Assembly (NCBI GenBank): GCA_046313635.1
Contig: JBKBYA010000007.1
Location: 64,001-128,000, forward strand
Origin: Pyrinomonadaceae bacterium
GTDB taxonomy: Bacteria > Acidobacteriota > Blastocatellia > Pyrinomonadales > Pyrinomonadaceae
Direction of reading: 5' to 3'
DNA length: 64,000 bases
Shown: positions 37,405 to 47,204 of the stretch, in pieces
Layout: the number at the start of each line of letters is the position of its first letter
How positions within the stretch are numbered: the first letter of the stretch is position 1
Position numbers and translations under genes: made by a program
Notes under the pieces: generated by a model
Told to the model about the DNA's origin: nothing
Database searches by the model: none
The model's input: the letters and a program-made list of their open reading frames with translations, nothing else

Positions 37405-39027
37405 ATGGCCGAACAATTGAACATCGAACAGCTTAGAAAATTCACCCCGCAGAACGCGATTCTCGCTTTCTCGCCGGTCAACACCGGGTCGCCGATGCAG
37501 GACTGGTGCGCCCATCTCGGGAACTACCCGATGCGCCGCATGGAACTCGAGGAGTTCGCGATCCTCGGCGACGTCGTTGTACGGATCGCCGACGAACTCG
37601 AACCGGAGCCGGTCGATCGCGTCCGGATAATGTCGCTCGAATATGCCGTGCGGGTGCTCGGCGATGAGGAAAACGGACGCGAGTTCGTTCGCTGCGTGAA
37701 AGCGATCGCGAGCCCCGACGCGGGTCAGTTCGAGTACGAGCAGATCGCGGCGTATTACTACGGCGAGATCCGCAGGCGGAATGTGAGCGATGTGCTCAAG
37801 GAAATGGGAATTCTCGGGATGCAGCTCGAAGCCGTCGCCGCGACCATCCCGGACCGCGAGATCTCCTTCGAGGAGTTCGACCGCCCTGATCAGAAGCTGA
37901 CGGTCGCCGACCAGCGGCGGGTGAAGGAAGCGGCAAAACTTCAGAAGCCGCTGCCTCCACGCGCGTCGATCTTCGACGATGAGATGAAGGCGGTCCTCGC
38001 GCGTGTCGGATGCCAAAAGGCGAGCCGCATGATCCACGACGAACTAGCCGCCTTCTACCTCGAAGACGGTGACAAATCCGTCGAGGAACTCGATCGCGAC
38101 TTCCTCACATTCGAGAACCTGGACCAATACGACGAAAACGGGATCATCGGCCTCACGATGAACAGCGGTCAACGCTCCGTGGTGGTATTCGATCTCGATT
38201 GCGAGGTGGACGCGTCGTGCCTTCCGCCCGAGACCGGTCACCTGGCGTCCGAGGTGGGAAGGCTGTTCGTCGGCCACGCGATGGGCTCGAAGTCGGTCCA
38301 GAACGGACGCAGGATGATCGGTTGCGCCGGATCGCCGATGCCGTCGAATCACCCGTTCACCGATCAGGAGTTCGAGGAGTGGATGTCGCTGTCGCTCGAC
38401 CGGATCTACGATCGCAGGGTTGTGCGTTCGGGACGTCGATTGTTCACCCTCGGGAAGGGTTCGGTCGTTGAATTAGCGGTCGAACAGGAGGTCAACCCCG
38501 AATACGAGGAGATGCAATACGCCGCCGCTGTGCTGAGGCTACTGTGGCGACGTCAGTACGCGGACTTCCACCTGCGCAGCCTCCGTCGCGAAACCTATCA
38601 GGACGCGTACCTCGCCCTCCGCGAAACCTCCGACACGGCGGACGTGGCGGCGATCAAGAAGCGGGCATACTCGGATTTCAAGGAGCGTAACAAGCTCTCC
38701 CTAAAGGAGTTCACGGCGCTCAACACCGTCGCGAAATCGCAGGAGGCCCGGCTGCGCGACCGCATCACGCCAGCGGCGAAGCAATGGCTTCGAAAGATCG
38801 AGAAGGCGACGGCCGGCGGCGTTCGGTTTCTCAAGTTCGCGCTCTACAACGACGCTGAGGCTAAAGCTCTGACCCGTCAGGAGAAGCAGCGACTTTGGGA
38901 CGCGGTGCGCACCCGCGAGGCGGAGATCAATGTACAGAGCAGCGCCAGCACCTCTCATCATCAGCCGAACCTTTTCCCGCAGCCCGCGACCCAGAGACGC
39001 TACGTTCAAGTCGTCCACGCGGCCTGA
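37405..39027 (+). CDS. Hypothetical protein (540 aa)
   Basis: Long ORF with GAGGA RBS; no family recognised. Confidence 0.75.
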   Translation: MAEQLNIEQLRKFTPQNAILAFSPVNTGSPMQDWCAHLGNYPMRRMELEEFAILGDVVVRIADELEPEPVDRVRIMSLEYAVRVLGDEENGREFVRCVKAIASPDAGQFEYEQIAAYYYGEIRRRNVSDVLKEMGILGMQLEAVAATIPDREISFEEFDRPDQKLTVADQRRVKEAAKLQKPLPPRASIFDDEMKAVLARVGCQKASRMIHDELAAFYLEDGDKSVEELDRDFLTFENLDQYDENGIIGLTMNSGQRSVVVFDLDCEVDASCLPPETGHLASEVGRLFVGHAMGSKSVQNGRRMIGCAGSPMPSNHPFTDQEFEEWMSLSLDRIYDRRVVRSGRRLFTLGKGSVVELAVEQEVNPEYEEMQYAAAVLRLLWRRQYADFHLRSLRRETYQDAYLALRETSDTADVAAIKKRAYSDFKERNKLSLKEFTALNTVAKSQEARLRDRITPAAKQWLRKIEKATAGGVRFLKFALYNDAEAKALTRQEKQRLWDAVRTREAEINVQSSASTSHHQPNLFPQPATQRRYVQVVHAA

Positions 39028-39161
39028 AAGTTGAATGGCAAAACACGCCCGAAAGGAGCGGCGGCCAGGCGGCTAGCGAACAGGGTTCGAACCTCGACGT
39101 TGACCGGCCGTCGCTTTCGAGCGTGGAAAGAAAACTAACCAAAAAGGAGCAAGAATCATCC

Positions 39162-39605
39162 ATGTCAGCGAATATCTCGATACTAGGAAACGCGGGACGC
39201 GATGCCAGCCTGCGATACTCGGAAAAAGGCACGCCGGTCGCGAGTTTCCCGATCGCCTCCAACTCGTTCAAGAGCGGCCCGGAAGGCCGCGTCCAGGCCA
39301 CGCATTGGTTCAACGTCACCGCGTTCGGGAAGACGGCGGAAACGCTCGCCGCGCACGTGAAGAAAGGGACCTACCTCTTGGTCCATGGGCGGCTGTCGTT
39401 CAGCCCGTGGCTGACCGAAGGCGGCGACCCACGATCGGGCGCGGAGGTGGCTCTCTTCTCATTCGAATTCGTCGGTGGAAACCGAACCGACGTGCCGGAA
39501 AGCGGTGCCGCCGTACCCGATAATCCGGAGCTCGCCACACCGGCCTACACGGGTGAGATTGACGAACAATCGCACGTCGCGGAGCCTTTCGTCGATCAGT
39601 TCTAA
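39162..39605 (+). CDS. ssb: Single-stranded DNA-binding protein 2
   Basis: ILGNAGRD, THWFNVTAFGKTAE, KGTYLLVHGRL; acidic tail; paralogue of SSB1. Confidence 0.9.
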   Translation: MSANISILGNAGRDASLRYSEKGTPVASFPIASNSFKSGPEGRVQATHWFNVTAFGKTAETLAAHVKKGTYLLVHGRLSFSPWLTEGGDPRSGAEVALFSFEFVGGNRTDVPESGAAVPDNPELATPAYTGEIDEQSHVAEPFVDQF

Positions 39606-39701
39606 AAGACGAGTGTCTCGGGAGGACTCACCTTCGTGACGATCGAATAGTGAATGGGGCATCGGAAATTTTCGGTGCCCTCTTTCTGTGAGGAGCGGGT
39701 T

Positions 39702-40355
39702 ATGACCAACTCGAAGATCGTAAACGACAGCGGCCCCTCCCACGCGATCGGTACGTACACGCCGATCGTGTCGATCTACGCGGACGCTTCGTGCCTTCGG
39801 AACGGCTCGTCGGATCGATCTGCGGGCGGCGGGGCGGTGATCGTGGATCGCAACCGGGCCGAGTTGAAACTGTTATCGACTTACCTGGGGACGGTGACCA
39901 ATCAGCAGGCCGAGATACTCGCGTGCACGACCGCCCTTGAGGAACTTCGTCGGCCGTGCCGCGTCGAGATGTTCTCCGATTCCCGATACGTCGTCGACAC
40001 GATGAACGGCAAGAATCGGATGAAGAGTAACAGGTCTTTTTGGATGCAGCTGGTGCAGCAAAGCTACGGTCACCATGTAACCTGGCGGTGGGTGAAAGGG
40101 CATGACGGATTCTACCTTCAGGAGGCCGCCGACCGTCTAGCACGTGCTGCTTCAGCGACCGGAAAAGATTTGCTGCCAGAAGATCTCGAATTCCTGACCG
40201 AGCGTCTTGCGTTCGATGGGGATCAGCTAAGTATCAGGCCGTTCGAGATCGAGATCGAGAAGATAGTTGATCGGCATAGAGCGTTTTCGAGCACGAGCGT
40301 CGACAACCCGAAGTTCGGTGTGAAAGCGGAACCGCCCTCCGCATTCTCGTATTGA
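39702..40355 (+). CDS. rnhA: Ribonuclease HI
   Basis: YADASC, TNQQAEI, FSDSRYV, WVKGH, ADRLA (catalytic D-E-D-D present). Confidence 0.88.
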   Translation: MTNSKIVNDSGPSHAIGTYTPIVSIYADASCLRNGSSDRSAGGGAVIVDRNRAELKLLSTYLGTVTNQQAEILACTTALEELRRPCRVEMFSDSRYVVDTMNGKNRMKSNRSFWMQLVQQSYGHHVTWRWVKGHDGFYLQEAADRLARAASATGKDLLPEDLEFLTERLAFDGDQLSIRPFEIEIEKIVDRHRAFSSTSVDNPKFGVKAEPPSAFSY

Positions 40356-40369
40356 TCGAACCCGGGCGC

Positions 40370-40627
40370 TCACGCTTTCGATTTGCTCCAGTTTTTGAAC
40401 GACCCGTCACGGTCGAACAGCAGATTGAGCGCGTACTCGACCACGTCGTCGTTGGTGATCTTCGTGCCCATTTGTTCGCTCGCGAATTGAAGATACTTCT
40501 TCAGCCTCTTGTCGGTTGCGCTAAGGATCTTCGCGTGCATCTTAATGTAATCGAGGCGGTTGATCTGCAGGATTGGGCGCTCCGGGTTGGATCTTGCCGG
40601 GCGGTTGTTATCGGGCATCGCTGTCAT
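40370..40627 (-). CDS. Small oriT-proximal protein (DUF2274-like)
   Basis: AAGGAG RBS; LKKYLQFA...YALNLLFDRDGSF. Confidence 0.6.
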   Translation of the reverse strand: MTAMPDNNRPARSNPERPILQINRLDYIKMHAKILSATDKRLKKYLQFASEQMGTKITNDDVVEYALNLLFDRDGSFKNWSKSKA

Positions 40628-40677
40628 AGAAATTGATCGGCTCCTTATCGGGTTTTCGTATCTCCGGAGAGTGGCCT

Positions 40678-40693
40678 TTCAAGTACCGTGCCA
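40678..40693 (-). promoter_or_regulatory. Sigma54-like promoter (variant -12)
   Basis: TGGCAC-GGTAC-TTGAA upstream of the 85-aa gene. Confidence 0.5.
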
Positions 40694-40799
40694 GCTCTGC
40701 GGATCTAAGCACCGAGGTGTAGTCAACGCGTCCCTTTCGGTGAATAAATGAGCCGCGGAAGCCGGTGTGTCGGAAACAACAAACAAGCTGCTCGTAAAC

Positions 40800-40890
40800 G
40801 TACGACAGGATAGACCGCGATCGGGGCCGCGTAATCCCTGCAACTCCGTGTGCGTGTGCGAATTACAAGTTGTAATCAAGATTACGAACC
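40800..40890 (-). other. Candidate oriT (MOBP-type nic)
   Basis: Minus strand CTATCCTG|T at 40813-40805; inverted repeats ATTACAA-G-TTGTAAT and GTAATC-AA-GATTAC; upstream of RHH and relaxase genes. Confidence 0.6.
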
Positions 40891-40916
40891 GGACCGCGGA
40901 TCGTATCCCCCGACAG

Positions 40917-40932
40917 CGGCACGTGTTTTGCG
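40917..40932 (+). promoter_or_regulatory. Sigma54 promoter of relaxosome operon
   Basis: CGGCAC-GTGTT-TTGCG. Confidence 0.65.
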
Positions 40933-41009
40933 AATGTTCGCTTCGCGAGGCCGGTTTACGACCGTTGTTTAGCATCGGGTTGTGAGCTGTGCATTTCGAT
41001 TCGGATCGC

Positions 41010-41657
41010 ATGAGAAAACGTGAACGCGAAAAGGTGATCGGCAAACTTGAAGGCCCGCCCGACGGTGAGCACGGGCGACCCTTGTGCGTACGGCCCTACC
41101 GGTCGGACGAGAAAATGCTCGACGAGATCACCAAGGAAACGGGTGAGAGTCGGTCCGCTCTCGTCAGGCGGATGATCCGTTTCGCTTTGTCCGACCGGCA
41201 CGAGCGTTTCGGTGCGAACCGGTGCCGGGACAGGTTAGATCTGCTGATCGACCAGGGTCGCCGACGCGTCGCGGATTCCGAGCGTCTCGACGAGATCGTC
41301 GAACGGGTCGCCCGGCTTGAGGATCGGCACGAGGCCATCTCGCGCGAAACGTCGATATTCTTGAGCGAACTCTACTCTTTATCGAGCCTGTCGGTGATGG
41401 TGATGAACATCCTTCTCACCAAGCTCGTGGAGATGACGGCCCCGCAGGGGACGAGCCACGAAAAGATTATCCTTGTCGCCGACGGGACGATGGCGAACCT
41501 TATCGCCAAATCCATCGCCGATTTCGAGAAATGCCTGGCCCACCACGGTATCGAAGCAGAGTGGGAGGATTCGGACGGTTTGTATCTCGCGACCAGGATA
41601 AAAGGGCTCGGCTCGGACCGTTCCGCAAAACCTAAACCCGGCACCAATTCGAAATGA
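41010..41657 (+). CDS. Ribbon-helix-helix relaxosome accessory protein (MobC-like)
   Basis: LCVR...MLDEITKETGESRSALVRRMI; ATGA overlap with relaxase; start uncertain. Confidence 0.7.
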   Translation: MRKREREKVIGKLEGPPDGEHGRPLCVRPYRSDEKMLDEITKETGESRSALVRRMIRFALSDRHERFGANRCRDRLDLLIDQGRRRVADSERLDEIVERVARLEDRHEAISRETSIFLSELYSLSSLSVMVMNILLTKLVEMTAPQGTSHEKIILVADGTMANLIAKSIADFEKCLAHHGIEAEWEDSDGLYLATRIKGLGSDRSAKPKPGTNSK

Positions 41658-44086
41658 GGATCGTCGCGAGCGTGCAGTCGAAGAGGGGAAGCTCGCGCGG
41701 GCTGGTGCATTACATAGCGCACAGCAAACTGGACCCGGAACGCGAACCGCCTAATTCGCGTGAGCTTTTCAACGCATTCGCCGATCAACTCTCCGTCAAA
41801 AGCGCCAACAATTCCCTCAAGATCGGTGTCGCGAAGGACCGACCCACCAACGACGAGCTTCACCATCTCGTCCTGTCGTTTCGCGACGACGATTACCGAC
41901 GGTTAGGGGCGAACGAAGCACGGCGCCGAAAAGCGGTAAAACAGATCGTCCGCGCAGCCATGAAAAGCCTCGAAGGGCACGCAAATGCGGATCGATTGCT
42001 GTGGACGGCCGCCATGCACCGGAACACCGCCAATCCACACGTGCACATCGCCTTACAAAAGCAATATTTCGCGAACGAATGCGAGAGACAGGCTTTGAGC
42101 CGGGTCCCGCGCGAAGCGCTCCCGCACTACGTACGCCGCGATGCCGGAAAATCTCTTGTCCTCGGCTACCTGATCGAAGCCGCGGGCGAGAAGATGGACA
42201 CGATCATCTTGCGCGAAAGTTCTCGACGTCGCGCCGAAAAGATGATCGCTCGGAGTGATGCTGCCGAAGATCGTTCAAGGCCCGGAGAGAGTATGAAAAC
42301 GAAGGAGGAAATCGGCGGTCGTTTCGCATCCGAACGAAATGTTTTGCGCGACGCGATCCTCGCCGAGTACGAGATCCGCCGGATCGACTCCCGCATCGAC
42401 CGTCTGCTCGAACATGGCGACCGGATGCGGTTCACCGTCAGCGATCCGGTGAGGGGCGGAAAGATGAGGGTTTCGCTTCGGGAACTAGAAGCAAAAAGCT
42501 CCGACACGGAATCCGACCAGCACGCTGCTCCTTCGGTCCAGATAAAGACGATCCTGCGCAAGATGCTGGCGAGGGAGGACGCCTCGAGAATCCAGATCCA
42601 GACCGACTCCGCTGGTGTTCTCGAGCAAGCTGATCGAATCCGCTCCGAGTACCGTAAGACGGGCCGCAAACTTCCCCCGCCGTCACTCACGAAAGAGCAG
42701 CTCGATTTGCTCCAGGAACGATGCCTTGAAGGCGTCGAGATGCGGAGGTTCTCATACCTCGAAAGGGTCAGGAACGAGCTCGAAAGGGGGGGCGAGATCG
42801 CTCCGAGAAGCAAGTACGATCTGAGGTCGATTATCGCCGAAAAAACTATCGCCGAACTTAGGGCTCACGCTCACGAAAAGGAGCACGCGGAGTTGAGAGC
42901 GAAGGGCTACTATCGACGCACCGATGTCGGAGGTGATCGCGCCGTGTCGATGGCGGAACTCGATCGCGACGAAAAGGAACGCGACGCCTCGGGCGGATCA
43001 TTCTTTGCGAAGCTTAAAGACAAGTTCGTGCGTCGGTCGAACGAAACGAGGATCCGAGCGGGAGAACGCGACTCCGTGGATCCTCGACGCCTCATCATCT
43101 CCAAGCTGGGCGAGGAACTCGCCAACATTCAGAGGGGGAGAAAACTGGAGCTCAGCAAGGCGAAAACGCTCGAGAAGATTCTCACAGGAAGCTCGGAAGA
43201 TCGCCCGACGGAAGGGCACTATTCCCCGCTCCAACTCGCGGAGGTGGAAGTGCTTTCGCTTCGACTCGGACAGAGAGCCGAGTACGAGAGTAGCTGGCAG
43301 AGTCAACGGCTCCTGGTCGAAGCCGCAGACACGGACTGCTCAGCGTACCGCAGGCTGGCCAAGTCGGGCCCGACCGCGGACTTCGCCGCGCATAAGCTCC
43401 AAATGATTGCGGGGCGGGCCCTTGCAAGAGAGATCGTGGCGGATGTCGAAGTCGGTAAGGCCACGGAGGATCTGAAGGTTTTTCGCGATTCGTACCGGTT
43501 CCTGAGACATCCGGTTTCCGATCCCGAGTCCGGAGCGATCACGTATATGTGTCTCCACGATGTGGACTTGCCCCAGAGCGCCTCCCTGCTCGATCGCACG
43601 ATGCACGAGTTGTTCGAAGACCGCGAACGCCGAACGCTCCGCCGAGCGGTCGAATCCCAGGCCAAGGAACGGGAGAAAACGTTGAAGGACGATCTCGCCC
43701 GGGCGACGGAGATCGCGAAGTCGGCGACGCGGGACGCCTCCGAATTCAAAAGCTATTCGATCCTGGGTTTGTTCGCCGAACCGTCTCACCGCCCGATCTT
43801 CACTTCCGGCGAGATCGCGATGCTGGAACTGCGGATCGCGAACACCCGCAACGCGAGCGAGGCGAGTCACCTGCAAGCGGTTGTCGAATCCGCGAGCGAG
43901 ACACCGCTCCGGTCACTCACCGATCTACTTCGAGATTTCGAGGGCAGCAGGCCGGTCGTAGCGGAAGATAAGAAGACGGAGCCAAAGGTGCACGACGACG
44001 CTGGTTTACGGGGACGCGAGCGAGTTCCCGAAACGAGGAGCGCTCACGACCCAACTCCACGGACTTTCCCCGAGCACGGTCGCTGA
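41654..44086 (+). CDS. Relaxase (MOBP-like)
   Basis: N-terminal HYI tyrosine, HHLVLSF, MHRNTANPHVHIAL (HUH). Confidence 0.88.
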   Translation: MRIVASVQSKRGSSRGLVHYIAHSKLDPEREPPNSRELFNAFADQLSVKSANNSLKIGVAKDRPTNDELHHLVLSFRDDDYRRLGANEARRRKAVKQIVRAAMKSLEGHANADRLLWTAAMHRNTANPHVHIALQKQYFANECERQALSRVPREALPHYVRRDAGKSLVLGYLIEAAGEKMDTIILRESSRRRAEKMIARSDAAEDRSRPGESMKTKEEIGGRFASERNVLRDAILAEYEIRRIDSRIDRLLEHGDRMRFTVSDPVRGGKMRVSLRELEAKSSDTESDQHAAPSVQIKTILRKMLAREDASRIQIQTDSAGVLEQADRIRSEYRKTGRKLPPPSLTKEQLDLLQERCLEGVEMRRFSYLERVRNELERGGEIAPRSKYDLRSIIAEKTIAELRAHAHEKEHAELRAKGYYRRTDVGGDRAVSMAELDRDEKERDASGGSFFAKLKDKFVRRSNETRIRAGERDSVDPRRLIISKLGEELANIQRGRKLELSKAKTLEKILTGSSEDRPTEGHYSPLQLAEVEVLSLRLGQRAEYESSWQSQRLLVEAADTDCSAYRRLAKSGPTADFAAHKLQMIAGRALAREIVADVEVGKATEDLKVFRDSYRFLRHPVSDPESGAITYMCLHDVDLPQSASLLDRTMHELFEDRERRTLRRAVESQAKEREKTLKDDLARATEIAKSATRDASEFKSYSILGLFAEPSHRPIFTSGEIAMLELRIANTRNASEASHLQAVVESASETPLRSLTDLLRDFEGSRPVVAEDKKTEPKVHDDAGLRGRERVPETRSAHDPTPRTFPEHGR

Positions 44087-44111
44087 ATCATCTTGGCTTC
44101 TCACAAGAAGT

Positions 44112-44127
44112 GGGCACGCGACTTGCT
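44112..44127 (+). promoter_or_regulatory. Sigma54 promoter
   Basis: GGGCAC-GCGAC-TTGCT in the 88-nt gap before the next gene. Confidence 0.6.
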
Positions 44128-44174
44128 CAGGTGCCTCATCGCAGCGAAGTGGGAGATCGTCCCTTAACAACGGT

Positions 44175-46511
44175 GTGATGAATTCGGATTTAAGCAATCA
44201 GGTCATAGCCCAGCTCGTCGACGCGGACGATCGATCTCTCCCCCGGCGGTCGCTCGACCTCGGGAACATTCTCACGCCGGAACTCGGTTTGCTTTCGCCC
44301 CGACGGAGCGAGATCGCACCAAAAGGCGTCGGCCGCGATGCCGCACTGATCGCCTACTCCGAGCGTCTCCGGCACAGCTACAAGACGAACGAAGGCGGGA
44401 TCAGGGAAGGTATGGTGAAACTCGCCGACGCCTACAACAACGGCCAGACGGTCGCGGTCTCGTGCTTCTGTCGTGCCGGTGACGCATGTCACGCCGATGT
44501 CGTGAAGATGGCGATCGAGAAGGTCGGGCGAACGATGAACGCCCGCGAAGTCGCTGCGGAGAAGCCGGCCCGCGCGGTCGACGAACGTACGCCCTCGATA
44601 TACGCGAACCCCAGGACCCAGCGAGCGATAAACGAGATCCTCTCCTTCAGCCGATCGGAGATGTTGCTCGCGACGTTGGAGGACACCGAGGGCCGCAACA
44701 GAAGCGAGCACGCCTCGTATCTCAACGGACATTCGCAGTTCGTCAGGGACGCCTACGAGCGCGGCTGCGTGGTTCGCAATGGCGCCTTGATATCGCCGAA
44801 GGATGTCGCATCTGTTGCGCCGCCGCTCACCGTGGCGACCAGCGAGTACGCCGTCAAAAGGCTCTCGACGATCGTGGGGGAGGAACGAGCCAAGAAACTC
44901 GCGCCGCGGATCGTCGAACATGGGAACGCGATCGCCGGTAGGTCCGCCGACCGCGATACGACGATCAAGGTCTTCAACTGGATGTACGAGGCCCTGGAAG
45001 GCAGAAATGGATTCCTACCCTCCGGTGAAGGAATGCCCGAACATGAGTCGAAAGAGGAAAAATTCGAAAGGACCTTGACGGAGATATCAAGGGCCGCAGT
45101 GGAAATGTCCCGGCTCGAACCGTCCGATAAGCTGCTCCCGATGGACCACCAGAACCAGCATGCGACCGTTCATCACGATCAGTTCGCCCCAGGTGAATCC
45201 AACGATAGCGATATCGAGCACGACTCCCTGGAAGCGACGGAATCTGTCGTCGCTCTGCAGGAGTTCGATCGTTTTGAATTGGCGGATCCGACTCTTTCCC
45301 GCTTGTCATCCGCGATGTCCGCTGAAGAACTCAACCGATGGACCGAGATTCGCTTGCCGGTGATCGACGAAGAGCTCGAAAGCGGTACGTCGGTGGGATC
45401 GATCCTGAAGATCTACCAGAACGGCGTCTATCACGCCGCGAAAGAGGGGCCGGCGGAGAAACAATCGGCGATCGACAATCTGAAGTTCGCGTCCGCGTAC
45501 ATCCGCCACCAACTGAAACAACCGGAGTCCAGGCTGCGGCACTACAATCCGCGCTATCGCGACTACGCGGCGATGCTCGAGAGCGCGACGTCGCGGGCGG
45601 AGGTGATCGACGCGGCCTCGACGATTCGTTTGGAGAACGCCCGGACCGGATTCCAGTGGGAAAAGCTTCCGGTAGCGGAAAAGGCCAAGACCGACCGACC
45701 GCTGACCGCGAAGGAAATGCAGTTCCTGTTAACCGAAGCATCCCCGCGCCACTACACATCGGAGATGACCGCGACGAAACTCTCCTACCTGGCCGTCGGG
45801 CACGAGGCCAGAGCGAAAACCGAGGCTTTGATGCGCGCGGAAATCGCGCCGAGCCCGGAAGCCGTGCAACTGATCGGCAGTCTCGAATCAAGAGTTAGAA
45901 GGCGAGATCTCAAAAATTCACTGGCCGCCACGAGGCATTTTCTAGCAAGTTTGAATACCTCGAACGACGAGCTGCGTTACAAGAATGTTTTCGATCACAG
46001 AGAGCTGTACCAGAGGCTGCCCGCGGCAGAGAGGGACTTTGTATATCAAAGAGCCGTCCAGCAAAAACAGTCGCTAGAGTCGAAGCTCGCTCCCCGCGAG
46101 AAAGGTGATGAAGTAAGGGTCAGTGACTCGACCCACGCAACAGGAGAGATAAACACTTCGCTGAAGCACGATGATCTAGCGGCCTTGCGGCGCGCCGTTA
46201 AGGACAACGTCGTCGAGTTAGTCGGGCATAATCCCGAAGTGACCTCGGTTCAACTCGCGGAGAGGACGAGCCTTGTATTCGGTGCGGCTTTGGCGAAGAT
46301 CGGCTTCTCCGATGTTGACGTTAAGTGTGAGATCGACGCGATCAACAGGGAAATGGGCGAGGGCGTTGTGAACGGCTTGAGATCGGCTAACCTTGATCAG
46401 CACCGCAGGGACGTTAACCAGCACATAAACTCCAGAAACTCTTCGGGAGACAATGGCTCGCGCGTGGGTGCGACGCAGGAGAGGTTTTCAGACCGGCTCT
46501 TGACCCGTTGA
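44175..46511 (+). CDS. Large protein with N-terminal DUF4326-like domain
   Basis: LGN...VSCFCRAGDACHADVV motif; helical remainder. Confidence 0.65.
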   Translation: MMNSDLSNQVIAQLVDADDRSLPRRSLDLGNILTPELGLLSPRRSEIAPKGVGRDAALIAYSERLRHSYKTNEGGIREGMVKLADAYNNGQTVAVSCFCRAGDACHADVVKMAIEKVGRTMNAREVAAEKPARAVDERTPSIYANPRTQRAINEILSFSRSEMLLATLEDTEGRNRSEHASYLNGHSQFVRDAYERGCVVRNGALISPKDVASVAPPLTVATSEYAVKRLSTIVGEERAKKLAPRIVEHGNAIAGRSADRDTTIKVFNWMYEALEGRNGFLPSGEGMPEHESKEEKFERTLTEISRAAVEMSRLEPSDKLLPMDHQNQHATVHHDQFAPGESNDSDIEHDSLEATESVVALQEFDRFELADPTLSRLSSAMSAEELNRWTEIRLPVIDEELESGTSVGSILKIYQNGVYHAAKEGPAEKQSAIDNLKFASAYIRHQLKQPESRLRHYNPRYRDYAAMLESATSRAEVIDAASTIRLENARTGFQWEKLPVAEKAKTDRPLTAKEMQFLLTEASPRHYTSEMTATKLSYLAVGHEARAKTEALMRAEIAPSPEAVQLIGSLESRVRRRDLKNSLAATRHFLASLNTSNDELRYKNVFDHRELYQRLPAAERDFVYQRAVQQKQSLESKLAPREKGDEVRVSDSTHATGEINTSLKHDDLAALRRAVKDNVVELVGHNPEVTSVQLAERTSLVFGAALAKIGFSDVDVKCEIDAINREMGEGVVNGLRSANLDQHRRDVNQHINSRNSSGDNGSRVGATQERFSDRLLTR

Positions 46512-46665
46512 AAGATACCTGCACGGCGAGAACGCTTAAACAGGTGGGCCAGTGAGCGGCGGACGGGTTCGCCCTATGCGGCGCCTAACTGATACGGGTG
46601 TAACTCCCTTGGATGCCCCGTAAATAACCCCGGACTCATTCAGGGATCTCGTTGCTTCGAGGCGG

Positions 46666-47187
46666 TCAATTCCTTACCTTCTTGTTTGGAGAGTCCGGCT
46701 GTTCGATCAGCCCCACAGCAGCCAATTGGTTGGATGTCGGATCGGAGGTAATCTCTCTAACATCCTCCAGCCGGAGAGCCCCTCCCTTCCATCGCCGCTG
46801 TGAGCCCGGCGTCACGACCAGAAACCACGCCGAGGCCTCGTCGCGCCTAGGACCTAGTGGCATCGCCCAAAGGGTGGAGCGGTGGTGGCTCTGCCGCGAA
46901 TAAAGGTAAAAGTAATTGCGGTGAGCGATAGCGCGATTGGCGTTCGAATAACTGCGACCCTCTTTCGGGTTCCACACCACACCCTCCATTTCTCTCAGGT
47001 CTTTGGGGAATCCGCCGCGCTTCTTGTTGAACGAGAGGAGGTCACGCATGATGACCTCGGCCGCGTCCACGGGCAGGTCAGCGGCACGCTGCCGCTCGGC
47101 CACCCACAAGCTGTAGACGTACACCCCGACGACGAGCAGCAGAGCCAGCGGAAGGAGGACGAGCGATATCTTCAAGCTGTTCAGCAT
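46666..47187 (-). CDS. Membrane-anchored pseudopilin-like protein
   Basis: N-terminal TM; KKRGGFPKDL, NYFYLY, LWAMP. Confidence 0.6.
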   Translation of the reverse strand: MLNSLKISLVLLPLALLLVVGVYVYSLWVAERQRAADLPVDAAEVIMRDLLSFNKKRGGFPKDLREMEGVVWNPKEGRSYSNANRAIAHRNYFYLYSRQSHHRSTLWAMPLGPRRDEASAWFLVVTPGSQRRWKGGALRLEDVREITSDPTSNQLAAVGLIEQPDSPNKKVRN

Positions 47188-47204
47188 ATATCTCCGTACC
47201 TTCT

